NCBI RefSeq assembly: GCF_016433145.1
Contig: NC_058131.1
Coordinates: 402,421,542 to 402,485,541 of the forward strand
From: Gracilinanus agilis
Taxonomy: Eukaryota
Length of the DNA: 64,000 nt
Direction: 5' to 3'
The notes under the pieces were generated by a model that saw only the letters and a program-made list of their open reading frames with translations, was not told the DNA's origin and did not search any database. Made by a program: the position numbers and the translations under genes. This document shows, piece after piece, positions 60,886-64,000 of this stretch; position 1 is the stretch's first letter, and every line of letters begins with the position of its first letter.

Positions 60886-63751
60886 CTATGGCAGTGCCAA
60901 TGCATTCGGTACAAGTGAATTTCCCCCCAGCGCCACCTCCTGGAGAGCTTGGATACGGTCCTGGAGGTCCACCTCTTCTTTGTGTTTTTCCAAGGCCTGT
61001 AGCCCAGCATGCTGTAAGAAGTCCTGAGCTGCCTGGTTAGGAAGCAAGAAAGGTTTTGTGGTAGGGCATACAATTTCAGTTTTTCCTATCTCCTCAAGGA
61101 AAGGTTCACATCCTCCTTGCACTTTTCTAAGGGATAAAGAGAACCCTAAAGAGGTGCTGAGTCTTAGGGGGGGTGCTATATTCTCTATATTGAATAAAAC
61201 TGGGGAAAAGCATTTCATTAGGGGAGGTGCAGCAGGGAGGGAATATCTGCCTATATAGAATATCAAGGCTGGTTAAGATAAAGCTAGGGTTGGGATCCAC
61301 CTTGAGCCTACAAAACTACAAGGGCTCAAAAAGTATGTACACAGAACCCAAATCAAAACCTACCTCAGGCTGGTGTACAAACAGCAGCTGCAATAGCTCC
61401 AGGCTCTGGCCTACCACCTCTGAGTCAGAAAGGGTCAGGATATCTAGCAAGTGAGGGAGAAGAGGACCTGGCCAGAGCCTTTGGCAGTAGAAAGGACCCT
61501 TCTCTGCAATGTTGCACAGGATTGTGAGCACCTACAAATACAATAACAGTTATGTAAACAGCACTTTAGAACTTATGAAGTGTTTTTAGTTAGCAAGCAA
61601 ATTATCTTCATTTTATGGATGAGGAAGCTAAAGCTTCAAGTAGCTATACAACATCCATAGCCATAGCTAGTAAGATTTAGACGGAAACATCGTAACTCCT
61701 GACTCCTTTATTTGTTCCTTGCTATACCAGGCTAACTGAAAGGACAAAATAAGTTCTTGTGCCCCTAGCCTCTAAATGAACAAAAGCTCCAACTGTTACT
61801 TACCAATATACGAACCACCCGAGAAATGGGTAAGAGTTGCAGGAGAGGAGCAACCAGATCCAGGGAGAGCAATGCACTGCAGAGGCCAGGATCCTTTACT
61901 AGAGGAGAGGCACCATGACCAAGTTACTCACAGAACAAGGCCAAAGCATTTGTAAAAAGGTAACAAAGGGTGAGAGGGGGGCAACTGGCTCAGTGGATTG
62001 AGAGCCAGGCCTGGAGATGGGGGTCCTGAATTCAAATTTGGTATCAGATTCCTAACTGTGTGACCCTAGACAAGTCACTTAAACCCATATGCCTAGTCCT
62101 CAAGAGTAGTTACTAAAACAAAATAAGGGCTTTTAAAAAATGGTAATGAAACACTTTTCTCATCTGTTTCTATCTCAGTTTAAACTGAGAGAGATCCCCA
62201 GATGTTTAGAGAAGCCACTGTTAACTTAAAAAGTCATTACAATGACTCAGTCCCATCACATACCAGTGAGATTATTGAGGACCCAGAGGCACTCGGGAAC
62301 CAGGCTAGGTTGATGCTGGATGAAGAACTCCATGAGGATAAACATGGCCACTATAATTCGCTCATCTCCAAAATCTGCTCGTACCCCTGCTTCAGCTGCT
62401 CCTTCCTCTGCCAGCAGGTTACCAAAGCACCGAAGTACTGGGCAAGCCAACTGCAAAGGTAAGACACCAGGTGGCCAGGAGGCCAAAAGGACTAGCTGGG
62501 TGCTGACGACCATGTGAAATGTAAAGAGTAATGCAAGGCCATCCCTTGCCCCTAAGTAGGGTTGAAGACGTACCTGGTTCTCCCAAGTGGCGAGGAATAC
62601 CTCAGTGATGTCCCTTTACTTACCAGATCCAGTCCTGTATCCACAGATCCTGAGGCAGCCCTAGCCAAGTCCAACAGTAATATCCCCAGACTGGACAAAG
62701 CTCCTCGAGCAATGAGCAGGGGATTATTCACCTGGCTGGAGTGGAGGAGAAAATATAGTCATGTCCCTACATCCTGGGTCTCTTAAGTCTTGATCTAAGC
62801 CACAAGGCCAGGAAAAAAAAATTCTGTTACTAGCTTGGAGGCAGCCAGAAGCAATATGACGCCTAGGACTTACATCGGGTGAACTAAAGGTGAAAAATGG
62901 TACTTAAAATTGTGTTCCAAACCTCAAGAAAAGAAAAAGGTATGAATCAAGAACTGCCACACCCCTCTCCCTGCAGAAATACTATGCTGTAGCTTTTTTA
63001 TGCCATAGCCATGGGTGCACAGGATCATGTTCCTAAGTACATCTATGGGTGGCATTCCTAGTTTGGGCTCATAGTACCTGCAGATAATGTAGTGAAGACA
63101 CCAGGCAAATTCCACAGCAACACTAGCCCCCAGCTCTGGGTTAGGGTGTAGAAGTCGAAGCATGTTCGGTAGGATGGCAGAGTCCAAGACAAGGCTGTGG
63201 GTCAAAGGGGCACAATGAATTGGAGTCTGAGTATTAAATGCAAGGTTCCCATCAAGACCCCACTATGAGTGAAGATGGCACTCAAACCTGAGGCCCTTCT
63301 CAGTAGGGTAGGAAATTGGAAAATAAGCAGGCTGAGTCTCTTTGGTCACCACATTCTGCCCTTTCTGGTACTTCCATCCCAAATGACTGAAAATTTACTC
63401 ACGGAATGATTTCTTTAGGAGCTTCATTGGCCTGCAAAAGTTGTGATAAGGTGTAGCCAAGAGCTTCCAGAACAGCTGCATGAGGGGACTGGAATAAGAC
63501 AATGAGGATCTTAATGAAGGAGAAAGCTTTGTGAGGCCCAAGTACATCGACTGCCTTCTAAGCAGAAAGCAGTGACTAAAGCCATCCTACCCAAACAGTA
63601 AAGGCATGCAGGGGGTAAGAGGAAGGAAAAACACAGGATCCCTCACCTGGATGCATGTAGCAAGAGCTGGAATAATGCCCTGTGGCAGAAGCTGCCTCCT
63701 CACAGCCTCACTCTCCACAGCCAGGTTGCCTAGTGTATAGAGACATAACTC
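60886..63751 (-). CDS. TMCO6: Transmembrane and coiled-coil domain protein 6 (ARM/importin-alpha-like), last 8 exons: 63647-63751, 63403-63488, 63078-63194, 62624-62735, 62264-62450, 61804-61898, 61364-61531, 60886-61032; 5' part beyond window
   Basis: ELCLYTLGNLAVESEAVRRQLLPQGIIPALATCIQ / SPHAAVLEALGYTLSQLLQA / VAVEFAWCLHYIICS / LACPVLRCFGNLL..ECLWVLNNLT / VLTILCNIAEKGPFYCQRLWPGPLLP / AAQDFLQHAGLQALEKH...LP*; phases consistent. Confidence 0.92.
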
Positions 63752-64000
63752 CTGAGAACAGAAGGGAACAAGAAAAAGTTCTGAGGTTTTTCCCTTCCCT
63801 GGACTAAGAAGAGAATACTTGAAACCTTTTTATCAATAAATCTGAGCCCAGGAATTCTACATTTCAACAAGTGAACACTGGCCACCCCCAGGGCCCTGCC
63901 CATGCCCCTGAGGGATTAACATCAGACTGGACACATTGGCAGAGTTGTTCATTCCAGAGTACCGGGAAATCAGAAGCTAGGGTTCAGTACCTACTCATTC

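Noticed and set aside
62732-62737. Tandem acceptors CAG-C-CAG in TMCO6
   Set aside because: Only the upstream AG keeps the frame; a 4-nt shift would be unproductive.

Overview
This is mammalian genomic DNA; the SINE1/MAR1-type repeats point to a didelphid-like marsupial. It carries the conserved human 5q31-type cluster HARS1(+, 3' half), DND1(+), WDR55(-), IK(-), NDUFA2(+) and TMCO6(-, 3' part). I traced every visible exon to splice sites and reading frame. A ~32 kb block (1708-33125) bounded by 500-N gaps sits inside one HARS1 intron and holds five intact antisense exons of PSD2 (Sec7 end to PH start); this nesting is more likely a scaffolding insertion than biology. Best fine-scale signals: a 3-nt (Val) microexon in PSD2 with SRRM4/RBFOX-type flanks, an AT-AC minor-spliceosome intron in IK, an extra 103-nt intron after codon 6 of WDR55, a tail-less internal L1 fragment between 17-bp direct repeats upstream of WDR55, hAT MITEs (one inside a young SINE) and a rearranged 7SL retrocopy. 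I found no wholly new multi-gene system. Reference-protein comparisons and repeat family names are from memory, not database searches.
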